DNA of 24,000 nucleotides from Gammaproteobacteria bacterium (GTDB lineage: Bacteria; Pseudomonadota; Gammaproteobacteria; PS1; Pseudothioglobaceae), in contig OZ244964.1 in NCBI GenBank assembly GCA_965222825.1, forward strand, positions 1,263,304 through 1,287,303. Direction: 5' to 3'. The position numbers and the translations under genes are program-made. A model generated the notes under the pieces. That model saw nothing but the letters and a program-made list of their open reading frames with translations. It was not told the origin of the DNA and did no database searches. Positions 15,162-24,000 of this stretch are shown piece by piece. Positions within the stretch are counted from its first letter, which is position 1. Every line of letters starts with the position of its first letter.

Positions 15162-15883
15162 ATAAAATTAAACTATTATTTTTAGTTGCTATTAGCGTAA
15201 TACTTTTAAGTAGTTGTATTGTTACAACTGGTATTAGTGCACTTGGAACTTTATCTTCTGTGCAAAATGATAGAAGAAGTGCTGGCGAGATTATAGATGA
15301 TGAAACCTTGACACTATTTTTAGGTAATTGGGCTTATAATAATAAAACATTACAAGGGGCTGATATTAACTTTTTAGTTTATAATAAAACAGTGCTATTA
15401 ACAGGTGAAGCACCTAGTAAAAAAGTTAAAAAAGATATTGAGCAAGCTATGAAAAAAGCTCGTCAAGATATAGCCCTAGTTTATAATGAAATTGCAGTAA
15501 TGCCTAATAGTAAGTTTATAAGTAAGCTCAAAGATAATAAAATTAAATTAGTTATTGAGTTGTCATTCTATGACCAAGAGGTGTTTTATCCGGGGCATAT
15601 ATTTATTAGGGTTGAGCGAGGAATAGTATATTTAATGGGTGCTGTTACTAAAAGAGAAGCCAATAAAGCAGTTAAGGTTGCATCTCAGGCAAAAGGAGTA
15701 TTTAAAATCATAAAAGTATTTGAATATTTGCAAAATCGCCCTCAACGAGAAATCCAGCGTGATAAAGAGCGCCAACAAGAAGCAGATAGAAGAGCAAATA
15801 TTGATAAAAAAAGAGCCCAATTAGAAGCACAAAAATTAAAATTACAACAAGAAATTAACAAGTTAGAAGAGCAAGGTAATTAG
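15158..15883 (+). CDS. BON-domain outer-membrane lipoprotein (DolP/YraP-like) with a charged C-terminal coiled-coil tail
   Basis: It has a lipobox LLSSC, two BON-like segments (...VYNKTVLLTGEA..., ...VERGIVYLMGAV...), and the position after yraN matches E. coli dolP. The roughly 50-aa tail is rich in Q, E, K and R. Confidence 0.7.
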   Translation: MNKIKLLFLVAISVILLSSCIVTTGISALGTLSSVQNDRRSAGEIIDDETLTLFLGNWAYNNKTLQGADINFLVYNKTVLLTGEAPSKKVKKDIEQAMKKARQDIALVYNEIAVMPNSKFISKLKDNKIKLVIELSFYDQEVFYPGHIFIRVERGIVYLMGAVTKREANKAVKVASQAKGVFKIIKVFEYLQNRPQREIQRDKERQQEADRRANIDKKRAQLEAQKLKLQQEINKLEEQGN

Positions 15884-15931
15884 TTGCACAGCGTTGCCAC
15901 ACAATAATAAAAAAATTTATATTTTAGCTTT

Positions 15932-16879
15932 TTATAGTATTGCATCAATAAATTTATTTTTATCAAATACTTCTAAGTCATCAATAGCCTCGCCCATACC
16001 TATATAACGAATAGGCAAACCTAGTTCACAACAAATAGCAAATAATACTCCACCCTTAGCAGTGCCATCTAATTTAGTTATGCTAACGCTGTCTAGTCCC
16101 ACTATATTATTAAATTCTTTGGCTTGTATAACAGCATTACTACCGATATTGCCATCAATAATTAACATAGTTTCATTTGGGGTATCTGGGCGATTTTTAC
16201 TTAGTGTGCGTTTAATCTTTTGTAATTCTGCCATTAAATTTTGCTGGGTATGTAGTCGTCCTGCGGTATCAGCTATAAGAATATCAATTTTTTTACTTGT
16301 TGTTGAACTTAGGGCATCATAAATAACAGCAGATGAATCTGCACCTGTTTTCTGTGCTATTACTAGGATATTATTGCGTTGCCCCCATATCTTTAATTGC
16401 TCAACAGCTGCTGCTCTAAAAGTATCCCCAGCAGCTAGTGCAACAGATTTGCCTTGTTGTTGGAATTGCTTGGCTAGTTTGCCTATGGTAGTAGTTTTAC
16501 CAGCACCATTTACCCCAACTACTAAAATTACAAACGGTTTTTGATTATCTATAATTAATGCTTTATCACTAATTAACAGGCTACTTAATATGGGTTTTAA
16601 TATTTGATATAAATCATCATTATTTGTTATATTAATTTTATTAGTTTTTTCTTTGACCAATGATATAATTTTATCAGTAGTGTATATGCCAATATCAGCA
16701 CTAAGTAGCACTGTTTCTAGCTCTGCTATTAACTCATCTGATAATTTAGTTTTACCACTTAGTAGCAAGCTAAGTTTATTGTTTAGTGCATTCTTGGTGT
16801 TTTGTAATTTATCTTTAAAATTAGTTTTTTTACTAATTTTTGGGCGTGGTTTTTTATTTTTTTTAAATATATTAAACAT
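15932..16879 (-). CDS. ftsY: Signal recognition particle receptor FtsY
   Basis: GVNGAGKTTTIGKLA, DTAGRL and TKLDGTAKGG are the SRP GTPase motifs. The N-terminal region is short and basic. Confidence 0.92.
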   Translation of the reverse strand: MFNIFKKNKKPRPKISKKTNFKDKLQNTKNALNNKLSLLLSGKTKLSDELIAELETVLLSADIGIYTTDKIISLVKEKTNKINITNNDDLYQILKPILSSLLISDKALIIDNQKPFVILVVGVNGAGKTTTIGKLAKQFQQQGKSVALAAGDTFRAAAVEQLKIWGQRNNILVIAQKTGADSSAVIYDALSSTTSKKIDILIADTAGRLHTQQNLMAELQKIKRTLSKNRPDTPNETMLIIDGNIGSNAVIQAKEFNNIVGLDSVSITKLDGTAKGGVLFAICCELGLPIRYIGMGEAIDDLEVFDKNKFIDAIL

Positions 16880-16917
16880 TGTATAATCTATATACTTTGA
16901 AACAGATTTTACCTTTT

Positions 16918-18258
16918 ATGAGTATGAATTATTTAAAAAATATTGTTTTTATCATTAGTAGTATATTTTGCTTGTTATTAACCCCTAAAATATACGCTAA
17001 TATTAGCGAATTTAATCTTGATAATGGCTTGAAGTTAATAGTAAAAGAAAATCATAGAGCACCAATTTTTATATCTCAAATTTGGTATAAAGTTGGCTCA
17101 AGTGATGAAAAATTAGGCACAACAGGCATATCTCATATGTTAGAGCATATGATGTTTAAGGGAACTAAAAATTATAAAGCAGGCGAATTCTCAAAAATTA
17201 TTGCCAGAAATGGCGGTGTTGATAATGCTTTTACTTCTAAGGATTATACTGCTTATTACCAAACTATGAAAAAAGATAGTTTAGAAGTATCACTAAAATT
17301 AGAAGCAGATAGAATGCAAAACTTATTACTAAAAGAACAAGATTTGAAAACAGAAAGAGAAGTGGTAAAAGAAGAAAGAAGATTACGAATTGAAGATAAT
17401 CCTATATCCAAAGTTTACGAAAAATTAGCAAAAATATCCCATAGTGAAAACGGTGCTTATTATTATCCAGTTATTGGTGTTATGGATGATTTAGAAAATA
17501 TTGAGTTAGAGGATTTAAAAAATTGGTATAAAAAATATTACAGCCCTAATAATGCTAATATTATAGTGGTAGGTGATGTTGATGCTAGCGAGGTTTATAG
17601 GCTGGTTAAAAAGTATTTTGCTAATATAAAACCTAGTGATATTAAGCCTAAAAATATCAAATCATATCCAAAATTAGCACAACATACCAGCATGACATTA
17701 GTGGCTAAAAATCCATATTTTGTGATGTCATACCCTGTGCCTAGTTTAAATAGTGCTAGTAATAAAAAAGATTCTTATGCCTTAGAGGTGCTGTCTTATG
17801 CACTAACTGGCAATGATAACGCTATTTTAACCAAGTTATTAGAAAGAGAGTTACAATTAGTAAGTTTTATAGATGTTAGTTACTATATTTACGATAAATA
17901 TACTACTAATTTAATAATTAGTTTTTCCCCAATAGATAAAATCAACATAAGTAAGGTAGTTAAAGTAATTGATACAACCATAGCCAGTATCAAAAATAAG
18001 GCTATTGATAATAATATATTAACCGATATTAAGACTCAATCGCAAGCAGAATATATTTATAGCCAAGACTCTATTAAAACTCAGGCGTATTATTTAGGTG
18101 CTCTAGAAACAGTGGGCTTAGGCTATAAAACTAGCAAAGAGTATGTTGATAAAATTAGTAATATTAGTGCCAAAGATGTGCAAAATGTTGCTAAAAAATA
18201 CTTGATTAAAAAAAATAGGTCAACGGTTGAACTAATACCTAGCGGTAAAAATATATGA
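16918..18258 (+). CDS. M16-family zinc peptidase (insulinase/PqqL-like), catalytic subunit, secreted
   Basis: HxxEH zinc motif (ISHMLEHMMFKGT) and a signal-like N-terminus. I placed the start at ATG 16918 rather than the TTG at 16879 that overlaps the ftsY start. Confidence 0.8.
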   Translation: MSMNYLKNIVFIISSIFCLLLTPKIYANISEFNLDNGLKLIVKENHRAPIFISQIWYKVGSSDEKLGTTGISHMLEHMMFKGTKNYKAGEFSKIIARNGGVDNAFTSKDYTAYYQTMKKDSLEVSLKLEADRMQNLLLKEQDLKTEREVVKEERRLRIEDNPISKVYEKLAKISHSENGAYYYPVIGVMDDLENIELEDLKNWYKKYYSPNNANIIVVGDVDASEVYRLVKKYFANIKPSDIKPKNIKSYPKLAQHTSMTLVAKNPYFVMSYPVPSLNSASNKKDSYALEVLSYALTGNDNAILTKLLERELQLVSFIDVSYYIYDKYTTNLIISFSPIDKINISKVVKVIDTTIASIKNKAIDNNILTDIKTQSQAEYIYSQDSIKTQAYYLGALETVGLGYKTSKEYVDKISNISAKDVQNVAKKYLIKKNRSTVELIPSGKNI

Positions 18259-19544
18259 AAAATAAAATAATAGTAATTAGCTTATTAATTAGCACTAATT
18301 TAGTTTTTGCTACGCCAGATATACAAATATGGTATACCCCAGAAGGTGCTAAAGTGCTGTTTAGTCAAACCAAAGACAATGATATTTTTGACCTTAAATT
18401 AGTATTTGATGCTGCATCTAGTCGCGATGGGGGTAAATTTGGCTTAGCTAATATTACTAATGCTATGATAGGAACGGCTAGTAAAAAATACAATGAAGAG
18501 CAAATAAATGCACTATTTAATAAGGTTGGGGCAATATTTTCTAGCGTAGCACTTAAAGATATGGCTATTGTATCAATTAGAAGTCTAAGTAAAAATGATA
18601 CACTACAACATAGTATTAATTTATTAAAAGAGTTAATAACTAATGCTAAATTTAGCAATAAAATACTAACTAGATTAAAAAAACAATATTTACATACTAT
18701 CAAAGGCAATCAAACAAATCCTGGTGAAATAGCAAGTCAGGTATTTGCTAGTGAATTATTTGCTAATCATAGTTATGCCCATAGCGTTATAGGCACAAGT
18801 ATTAGCATTAAAAACTTAACCATAACTGATATTAGAAACTTTTATGATAAATATTATGTTGCTAAAAATCTAGTAATAGTAATAGTAGGCGATGTAAGTA
18901 GAGCCAAAGCAAAAAGTATAGCCAGACAAATAAGCCATAATCTAGTAATAGGGGAAAAACAGCCAAGTATCAATAAAATAACACCATTACTAGTATCAAA
19001 AACTCTAAATATTAACTATCCATCAACTCAAAACCATATTTTAATAGGTAAAACTGGTATTAATAGAGACTATAAAGATTATCATGCCCTGTATTTAGTC
19101 AATCATATTTTAGGCGGTAATACCTTAAACTCTGAATTAGGTTATATAATTCGTGAGCAAAATGGTTTGGCATATAGCATTTATAGTTATTTTTTGCCTA
19201 TGGCAGCTAATGGGTATTTTTTAATTAATTTACAAACTAAAAATACCAATAAAAATAAAGCTATTGATTTAGTTTTTAAAACTATAAATGATTTTTTAAG
19301 TAATATTAGTGCTGAAAAAATCCAGGATGCCAAAGATAATATTGTGGGTAGTTTTGCCTTAAAAGTTGCAACTAATGATAAAATAACTAGTTATTTAGCA
19401 GTAATTGGATTTTATAATTTAGATATAAACTATATTAAAAATTTTCCAGAAAAAATAACTAAATTAACAAAACAACAAATAATTAACGCCAGCAATAAGT
19501 TTTTTAAAGATAATATTTGGCTAGTAGTTAGCGTTGGACAATGA
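18255..19544 (+). CDS. M16-family peptidase-like protein lacking the HxxEH motif (probable non-catalytic partner), secreted
   Basis: It has a signal peptide and an M16 fold-like length and pattern (YDKYYVAKNLVIVIVGDV). No zinc motif is visible. It overlaps the upstream M16 gene by 4 bp. Confidence 0.7.
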   Translation: MKNKIIVISLLISTNLVFATPDIQIWYTPEGAKVLFSQTKDNDIFDLKLVFDAASSRDGGKFGLANITNAMIGTASKKYNEEQINALFNKVGAIFSSVALKDMAIVSIRSLSKNDTLQHSINLLKELITNAKFSNKILTRLKKQYLHTIKGNQTNPGEIASQVFASELFANHSYAHSVIGTSISIKNLTITDIRNFYDKYYVAKNLVIVIVGDVSRAKAKSIARQISHNLVIGEKQPSINKITPLLVSKTLNINYPSTQNHILIGKTGINRDYKDYHALYLVNHILGGNTLNSELGYIIREQNGLAYSIYSYFLPMAANGYFLINLQTKNTNKNKAIDLVFKTINDFLSNISAEKIQDAKDNIVGSFALKVATNDKITSYLAVIGFYNLDINYIKNFPEKITKLTKQQIINASNKFFKDNIWLVVSVGQ

Positions 19545-20002
19545 AAGTGAATGTTAAAAAAATAATTATTATCACTGCTATTATAATAGCAGTTTCTGCA
19601 TTTAGTTTTAGTAATATGTTTAGCAAGAATTTATACACCAATATTAGTAATAGCGAATTATTAGAGTTAATGAAAAATGATGATATTACTATTGTTGATG
19701 TGCGTTATACAAGCGAATGGTTGCAAACAGGGGTTTTACCAGATAGTAAACTATTAACTACTTTTACAAAAGATAGAGCTCAAAAACTTAAAACAGAATT
19801 AGTAAAAAATAAATTCCAATCAATACCAAAAAATAAAAAAATAGTTATAGTTTGTGCTCATGGATACCGTTCAAGAGTAGTAAGTGCCTTATTAACAAAT
19901 AAATTAGGTTATACGAATGTTTACAATCTAAATAATGGCATTACTTCGTGGATTAGATATAAAAACCCAATACAAAAACCTCAAAAAACTAATTTATTGT
20001 AG
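19541..20002 (+). CDS. Rhodanese-domain sulfurtransferase with an N-terminal membrane anchor or signal
   Basis: DITIVDVRYTSEW, the active-site loop VCAHGYRS (CxxxxR) and the hydrophobic N-terminus IIIITAIIIAVSAF support the call. It overlaps the upstream gene by 4 bp. Confidence 0.75.
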   Translation: MKVNVKKIIIITAIIIAVSAFSFSNMFSKNLYTNISNSELLELMKNDDITIVDVRYTSEWLQTGVLPDSKLLTTFTKDRAQKLKTELVKNKFQSIPKNKKIVIVCAHGYRSRVVSALLTNKLGYTNVYNLNNGITSWIRYKNPIQKPQKTNLL

Positions 20003-20030
20003 TATAACTTGAACTACATAGATGTTTTTT
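19998..20030 (+). terminator. Weak hairpin between the convergent rhodanese and suhB genes
   Basis: TGTAGT (19998-20003) pairs with ACTACA (20013-20018). The T6 run at 20025-20030 is separated from the stem by 6 nt, so the geometry is poor. Confidence 0.25.
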
Positions 20031-20826
20031 ACTTGCGTAATTCTTTGCTTAAATATGGTTGTATAGCAGAGAGTATGTTAGGGTAGATAAAAGTGTTACC
20101 AGCCACAATATTGCCAGTTTCTAAGAATTCTTTGCCACCGGCAAAATCACTAATAAAACCACCAGCTTCTTGTATAAGCAACACTCCAGCTGCTATATCC
20201 CACTTGTTTAAGCCAATCTCCCAAAAACCATCTAATCTACCAGATGCTATATAGGCTAAGTCTAGTGCTGCAGAACCAGCACGGCGAATACCTGCTACTT
20301 GCGGATGTATTGCCCTAAATGTATCTAAATAACAATCTAGGTGTTGTGGTTGTTTAAATGGAAAACCTGTGCCTATTAAAGACTGATTTAGGTCTTTATT
20401 TTGTGATACCCGCACTTTATTATTATTTAGCATTACTCCACTACCTGCTGTTGTGCTAAATAATTCACTTTTAAAAGGGTCATAAACTACACCGTGTTGG
20501 AGTTCATTGTTTGTTGACATAGCAATGGATACGCTGTATTGTGGAAAATTATGCAGGTAGTTGGTAGTTCCATCTAATGGGTCTATTATCCATTGATTAT
20601 TATCACCAGCAGTCTCACCTGATTCTTCGGCTAGTATTGAGTGCTTTGGAAAATATTTTTTAATTTCAGATATAATAACATCCTCTGCCATTTTATCTAC
20701 TTCTGATATAAAATCATGCTTTGCTTTGTTGTCTATAGTCAAACGGTTTATTTGATTATGGTATCTTAGGATAATTTGCCCGGCTTTTTTGGCAGCACCA
20801 ATGGCTATTTTAAGTGTAGGATGCAT
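20029..20826 (-). CDS. suhB: Inositol-1-monophosphatase family protein
   Basis: LAEESG, WIIDPLDGTTNY and WDIAAG are the IMPase signatures. The gene is divergent from trmJ, as in E. coli. Confidence 0.9.
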   Translation of the reverse strand: MHPTLKIAIGAAKKAGQIILRYHNQINRLTIDNKAKHDFISEVDKMAEDVIISEIKKYFPKHSILAEESGETAGDNNQWIIDPLDGTTNYLHNFPQYSVSIAMSTNNELQHGVVYDPFKSELFSTTAGSGVMLNNNKVRVSQNKDLNQSLIGTGFPFKQPQHLDCYLDTFRAIHPQVAGIRRAGSAALDLAYIASGRLDGFWEIGLNKWDIAAGVLLIQEAGGFISDFAGGKEFLETGNIVAGNTFIYPNILSAIQPYLSKELRK

Positions 20827-20834
20827 AATGTATT

Positions 20835-21587
20835 ATGAAAGAAAATGAGTATTATACCTTCGCTAAAGTGCGTATAGTAATGGTTAATACCACAGAAGCG
20901 GGTAATATTGGTGCTAGTGCTAGGGCGTTAAAAAATATGTGTTTATCAAGACTATATTTAGTTAATCCTAGTAATTATCCATCAGCAGAAGCAACGGCAA
21001 GAGCAAGCGGTGCTGATGACATTTTAGCCAGTGCTAAGGTTTGTAATTCGTTAGCAGATGCTTTATTTGGCTGTAATTTAGTAATAGGTGCTAGTGCTAG
21101 GCAAAGAAGTATTAAATGGCAACAATTAGGCTTAGTCCAAAGCTGTGAACTAATAAAGAGTACTGTAATAAATGACAATAAGGCAGAAATAGCAGTAGTA
21201 TTTGGCACAGAAAGCTCTGGACTTAACAATAATGAGCTTGATATGTGTCAAGTGCTAATGACTATTGCTGGTAATAAGGATTATTTTTCACTAAATGTAT
21301 CGCAAGCGGTGCAAGTATTTAGTTATCAACTATATAACCAATTAATAAATACCAAGCCTACAACAAATAATGATAATAACTTAGCTAAATTTGAGGATAT
21401 AGAATATTTTTATCAACATTTAGAACAAATTTTAGTTAGTATAAATTATCCAAGCTCCAAAAAACCAATAACACTATTAATGCGAAGACTAAGAGCAATT
21501 TTTAGCAAGGCTTTATTAAAACAAGACGAGTTAGCAATATTAAGAGGTATATTAAACGCCATAGAAAAATACAAGTCTAGTAAGTAA
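20835..21587 (+). CDS. trmJ: tRNA (cytidine/uridine-2'-O-)-methyltransferase TrmJ
   Basis: These are SPOUT class motifs: RIVMVNTTEAGNIGASARALKNM, VFGTESSGL and SLNVSQAVQV. Confidence 0.85.
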   Translation: MKENEYYTFAKVRIVMVNTTEAGNIGASARALKNMCLSRLYLVNPSNYPSAEATARASGADDILASAKVCNSLADALFGCNLVIGASARQRSIKWQQLGLVQSCELIKSTVINDNKAEIAVVFGTESSGLNNNELDMCQVLMTIAGNKDYFSLNVSQAVQVFSYQLYNQLINTKPTTNNDNNLAKFEDIEYFYQHLEQILVSINYPSSKKPITLLMRRLRAIFSKALLKQDELAILRGILNAIEKYKSSK

Positions 21588-21596
21588 ATTCTGGCA

Positions 21597-22004
21597 TTAA
21601 AAAAACTTTCTGGTTCTACCTTTATAGATATAATATTCTAAAAATCTTTCATTTAAGTATTTTTCCTCTAAATTAGATTTTAGGTATAAATCAATAATTA
21701 ATATTATATAAACTGTTATTGCTATGTAGTTTATATTGCTAATTAGTAGTGCTAGGGTGAAAATAAAAATACTAGAATACATAGGGTGCCTAATATATTT
21801 GTATATGCCATTTACAATTAAAATATGCCTATCTTTTAATTTTGGCAGAATACTAATATTCTTTATCCCCATATTAGCAAATGCTATTATTGCCACAATA
21901 ATAGCCACCAATACTAATAAATAAGATACTATATTAAAATTTTGCCAATTAGCATTAAATAGCAAGTAAATGATACTAATAAATTGCACTATTACAAATA
22001 ACAT
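21597..22004 (-). CDS. ICMT/PEMT-family membrane methyltransferase
   Basis: It is a multi-pass hydrophobic protein with GIYKYIRHPMYSS, the hallmark of isoprenylcysteine carboxyl / phospholipid methyltransferase family proteins. Confidence 0.65.
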   Translation of the reverse strand: MLFVIVQFISIIYLLFNANWQNFNIVSYLLVLVAIIVAIIAFANMGIKNISILPKLKDRHILIVNGIYKYIRHPMYSSIFIFTLALLISNINYIAITVYIILIIDLYLKSNLEEKYLNERFLEYYIYKGRTRKFF

Positions 22005-22099
22005 TTTCCCTAATAATTGTTATAATAAAATTTGTATTTTATAATAACATAATAGAGCATAGTTATAATTTTAGTGCTAAAAATGTTAAAATAAGTTTT

Positions 22100-23281
22100 A
22101 TGAAAAAATATGATATAGTTATAGTAGGCTCGGGACCTGTTGGACTCACTTTTGCTTTATCACTAGCAAATAGCAATCTTAGTATTTTATTGCTAGAAAA
22201 AGCACAGCTATCAACACTAGAAAACCCTAGAGATGATGGCAGAGAGATAGCATTAACACACGCTTCTGTGAATATTTTAGATAATATTGGAGTTTGGGAG
22301 TTAATAGATAGTAATGCTATTTCTTTTATCAAAAAAGCTAAAGTTTTTAATTATAAAGATAAAAAGCCACTAACATTTAGTGCTAATGATACTAAATTAG
22401 AGGCACTGGGTTATTTGGTTGCTAATTATTTAATTCGTAAGGCATTATTCAAAAAAGTTAAAAATGCTAATAATATAACAGTGTTAGCGTCTTCTAGTGT
22501 AGAAGATATTCGTTATAACAAGAATTTTAATACTGTTTTATTAGCAAATGGCGATAGTATATCAGCACAACTATTAGTAGCAGCTGATAGCCGTATATCT
22601 AATATGCGTAGCAAAGCTGGCATTAACGCCAAGGTATTAGATTTTAAAAAACATATGCTAGTAGCAAGAATGTCGCATACCAAGAAGCACAATAATATTG
22701 CCCTAGAATGTTTTAATTATGAAAATACTTTAGCACTATTACCTATGGTTGGTAGGATGTCTTCTATGGTGCTAACTCTTACAGAAGATGATATGAGGTG
22801 TGTTAAAAATTTAAACGATATTCAATTTAATGATTATATTAGCACCAAATTTGATATGGGAGATATGAAGTTAGTGGGAAGCAGACATTATTATCCTTTG
22901 ATAGGGACAATAGCAGATAAATTTATAAATAATAGATTTGCACTAATTGGCGATTCTGCTGTAGGAATGCACCCTGTTACTGCACATGGCTTTAATTTAG
23001 CATTAAGAGGGCAAAATATTCTAGCACAAGAAATTATAAAAGCAAATACTGTTGATATGGATATAGGTAATAATTTTGTGCTTAATCAATATAATAATAG
23101 ACAGATAAGCGTTGCAAGAATTATGTATTTTGGCACTAATAGTGTTGTATCTTTGTTTACTAGCAATAAAACTGTATTAAAACCATTTAGAAGTATGGCA
23201 TTAAAATTAGCACAAAATTTACCACCTGTGCATTATTTTATTAACAAGCACCTAACACAAAGCAATAATGAATTTAGTTAA
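22100..23281 (+). CDS. UbiH/UbiF/UbiM/COQ6-family FAD-dependent ubiquinone-biosynthesis hydroxylase
   Basis: The N-terminal dinucleotide fold is YDIVIVGSGPVGLTFAL, and GDSAVGMHPVTAHGFNLALRG is the family GD motif region. Confidence 0.75.
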   Translation: MKKYDIVIVGSGPVGLTFALSLANSNLSILLLEKAQLSTLENPRDDGREIALTHASVNILDNIGVWELIDSNAISFIKKAKVFNYKDKKPLTFSANDTKLEALGYLVANYLIRKALFKKVKNANNITVLASSSVEDIRYNKNFNTVLLANGDSISAQLLVAADSRISNMRSKAGINAKVLDFKKHMLVARMSHTKKHNNIALECFNYENTLALLPMVGRMSSMVLTLTEDDMRCVKNLNDIQFNDYISTKFDMGDMKLVGSRHYYPLIGTIADKFINNRFALIGDSAVGMHPVTAHGFNLALRGQNILAQEIIKANTVDMDIGNNFVLNQYNNRQISVARIMYFGTNSVVSLFTSNKTVLKPFRSMALKLAQNLPPVHYFINKHLTQSNNEFS

Positions 23282-23903
23282 TCTTCGTAAGGATTATAAT
23301 GGAGTTCATCTAAATAGGGCTAATTTATTGAATAATCCTTTTGAGCAATTTGAACTATGGATAAATGATGCTAAAAAAGTAATTAAAATACCTAATGCTA
23401 TGAGCTTGGCTACTTGTGATATAATAGGTCAAGTAAGTATTCGCACTGTTTTATTGCAGTATTTTAGTCAAAAAGATGGTCTTGTATTTTTTACTAATTA
23501 TAATAGTTTAAAAGCTAGGCAAATTAAACAAAATAATCAAATTGCCTTGTCCTTTAATTGGCTTGAATTAGAACGCCAAGTTAATATAATAGCCAGTGCT
23601 AAAAAAATATCAAAACAAGAATCAACACAATATTTTAAAACTAGGTCAAAAACTAGCCAACTTAGTGCTTGGGCATCAAAACAAAGCGAGGTGCTAACAT
23701 CGAGGGCAGAGTTAGAAACTAATTACCAAACTATTAGCAATAAATTTATCAATAAAAGTGTAGCATTACCAGATTTTTGGGGTGGATATAGGGCATTACC
23801 TAGTAGTATAGAGTTTTGGCAAGGAAGACTGGGAAGATTACACGATAGATTTATTTATAAAAAACAAGATAATAAATGGATTATTAGTCGTTTAGCACCA
23901 TAA
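23268..23903 (+). CDS. pdxH: Pyridoxamine 5'-phosphate oxidase
   Basis: RTVLL, IEFWQGRLGRLHDRFIY and the C-terminal RLAP are classic PdxH segments. Confidence 0.9.
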   Translation: MNLVNLRKDYNGVHLNRANLLNNPFEQFELWINDAKKVIKIPNAMSLATCDIIGQVSIRTVLLQYFSQKDGLVFFTNYNSLKARQIKQNNQIALSFNWLELERQVNIIASAKKISKQESTQYFKTRSKTSQLSAWASKQSEVLTSRAELETNYQTISNKFINKSVALPDFWGGYRALPSSIEFWQGRLGRLHDRFIYKKQDNKWIISRLAP

Positions 23904-23990
23904 AAATTAGATTTAAAATTTTGTATTTATTTTTGGTATAAAATTAATATTCGGTAAATTTAATTAAGTGGTCTCTAATAGGAGAAAAAA

Positions 23991-24000
23991 ATGGCAAATG
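23991..24000 (+). CDS. First codons of an unidentified gene that runs off the window
   Basis: GGAG at 23981-23984 lies 6 nt upstream of ATG at 23991. Only MAN... is visible. Confidence 0.3.

Noticed and set aside
16879-16917. The TTG start of the first M16 peptidase at 16879.
   Set aside because: It shares a nucleotide with the ftsY start codon and adds 13 residues ahead of the signal-like sequence. ATG 16918 is more plausible, although neither start has a good SD.
2124-22332. Seventeen antisense ORFs of 62-114 aa from the track: 2124-2363, 2893-3099, 4490-4693, 4973-5176, 7014-7241, 9761-10021, 10353-10613, 11064-11291, 11778-12023, 14329-14520, 15632-15820, 16062-16322, 16653-16886, 18365-18709, 20975-21229, 21736-21924 and 22063-22332.
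   Set aside because: Each lies entirely, or almost entirely, opposite a well-supported conserved gene. They have low-complexity, Leu/Ile/Ser-rich shadow-frame composition and no SD sequence. They are typical antisense artefacts.

Overview
This is an AT-rich (roughly 30% GC by eye), tightly packed window made up mostly of housekeeping genes. I infer that it comes from a reduced-genome, sulfur-oxidising gammaproteobacterium, possibly SUP05-like or vesicomyid-symbiont-like. That inference rests on a soxXYZA operon, E. coli-like microsynteny (suhB<>trmJ, rsmI<>yraN-dolP), many 4-14 bp gene overlaps and very short intergenic spacers. I cannot verify the taxon.

Gene content, left to right:
- + strand: dsbA 3' end, thiD, hisC, a Nif3-family gene, two orphan ORFs, asd, hisB, hisH, lepA
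- a 780-bp non-coding gap
- - strand: yggS, a pyrK-like gene, a small secreted protein, soxA, soxZ, soxY, soxX, a thioredoxin-like 2Fe-2S ferredoxin, rsmI
- mixed strands: yraN, a BON/DolP-like lipoprotein, ftsY, two M16 peptidases, a rhodanese, suhB, trmJ, an ICMT-family methyltransferase, a UbiH-family hydroxylase, pdxH

I see no CRISPR array, transposase, integrase, rRNA or tRNA, and no recognisable defence system.

The loci that the gene list does not explain are:
1. The lepA-yggS gap (8458-9240) lies at a strand-orientation switch. It holds a dif-like 28-mer, an orphan terminator, two families of short repeats and a GC-rich hairpin.
2. A two-ORF orphan island at 3407-4347 has very low GC and an apparent frameshift.
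3. A pair of unannotated mini membrane ORFs lies at 316-654.
4. A fifth, uncharacterised gene sits at the end of the sox operon.

All functional readings of these four loci are hypotheses that need database and structure searches I cannot run.
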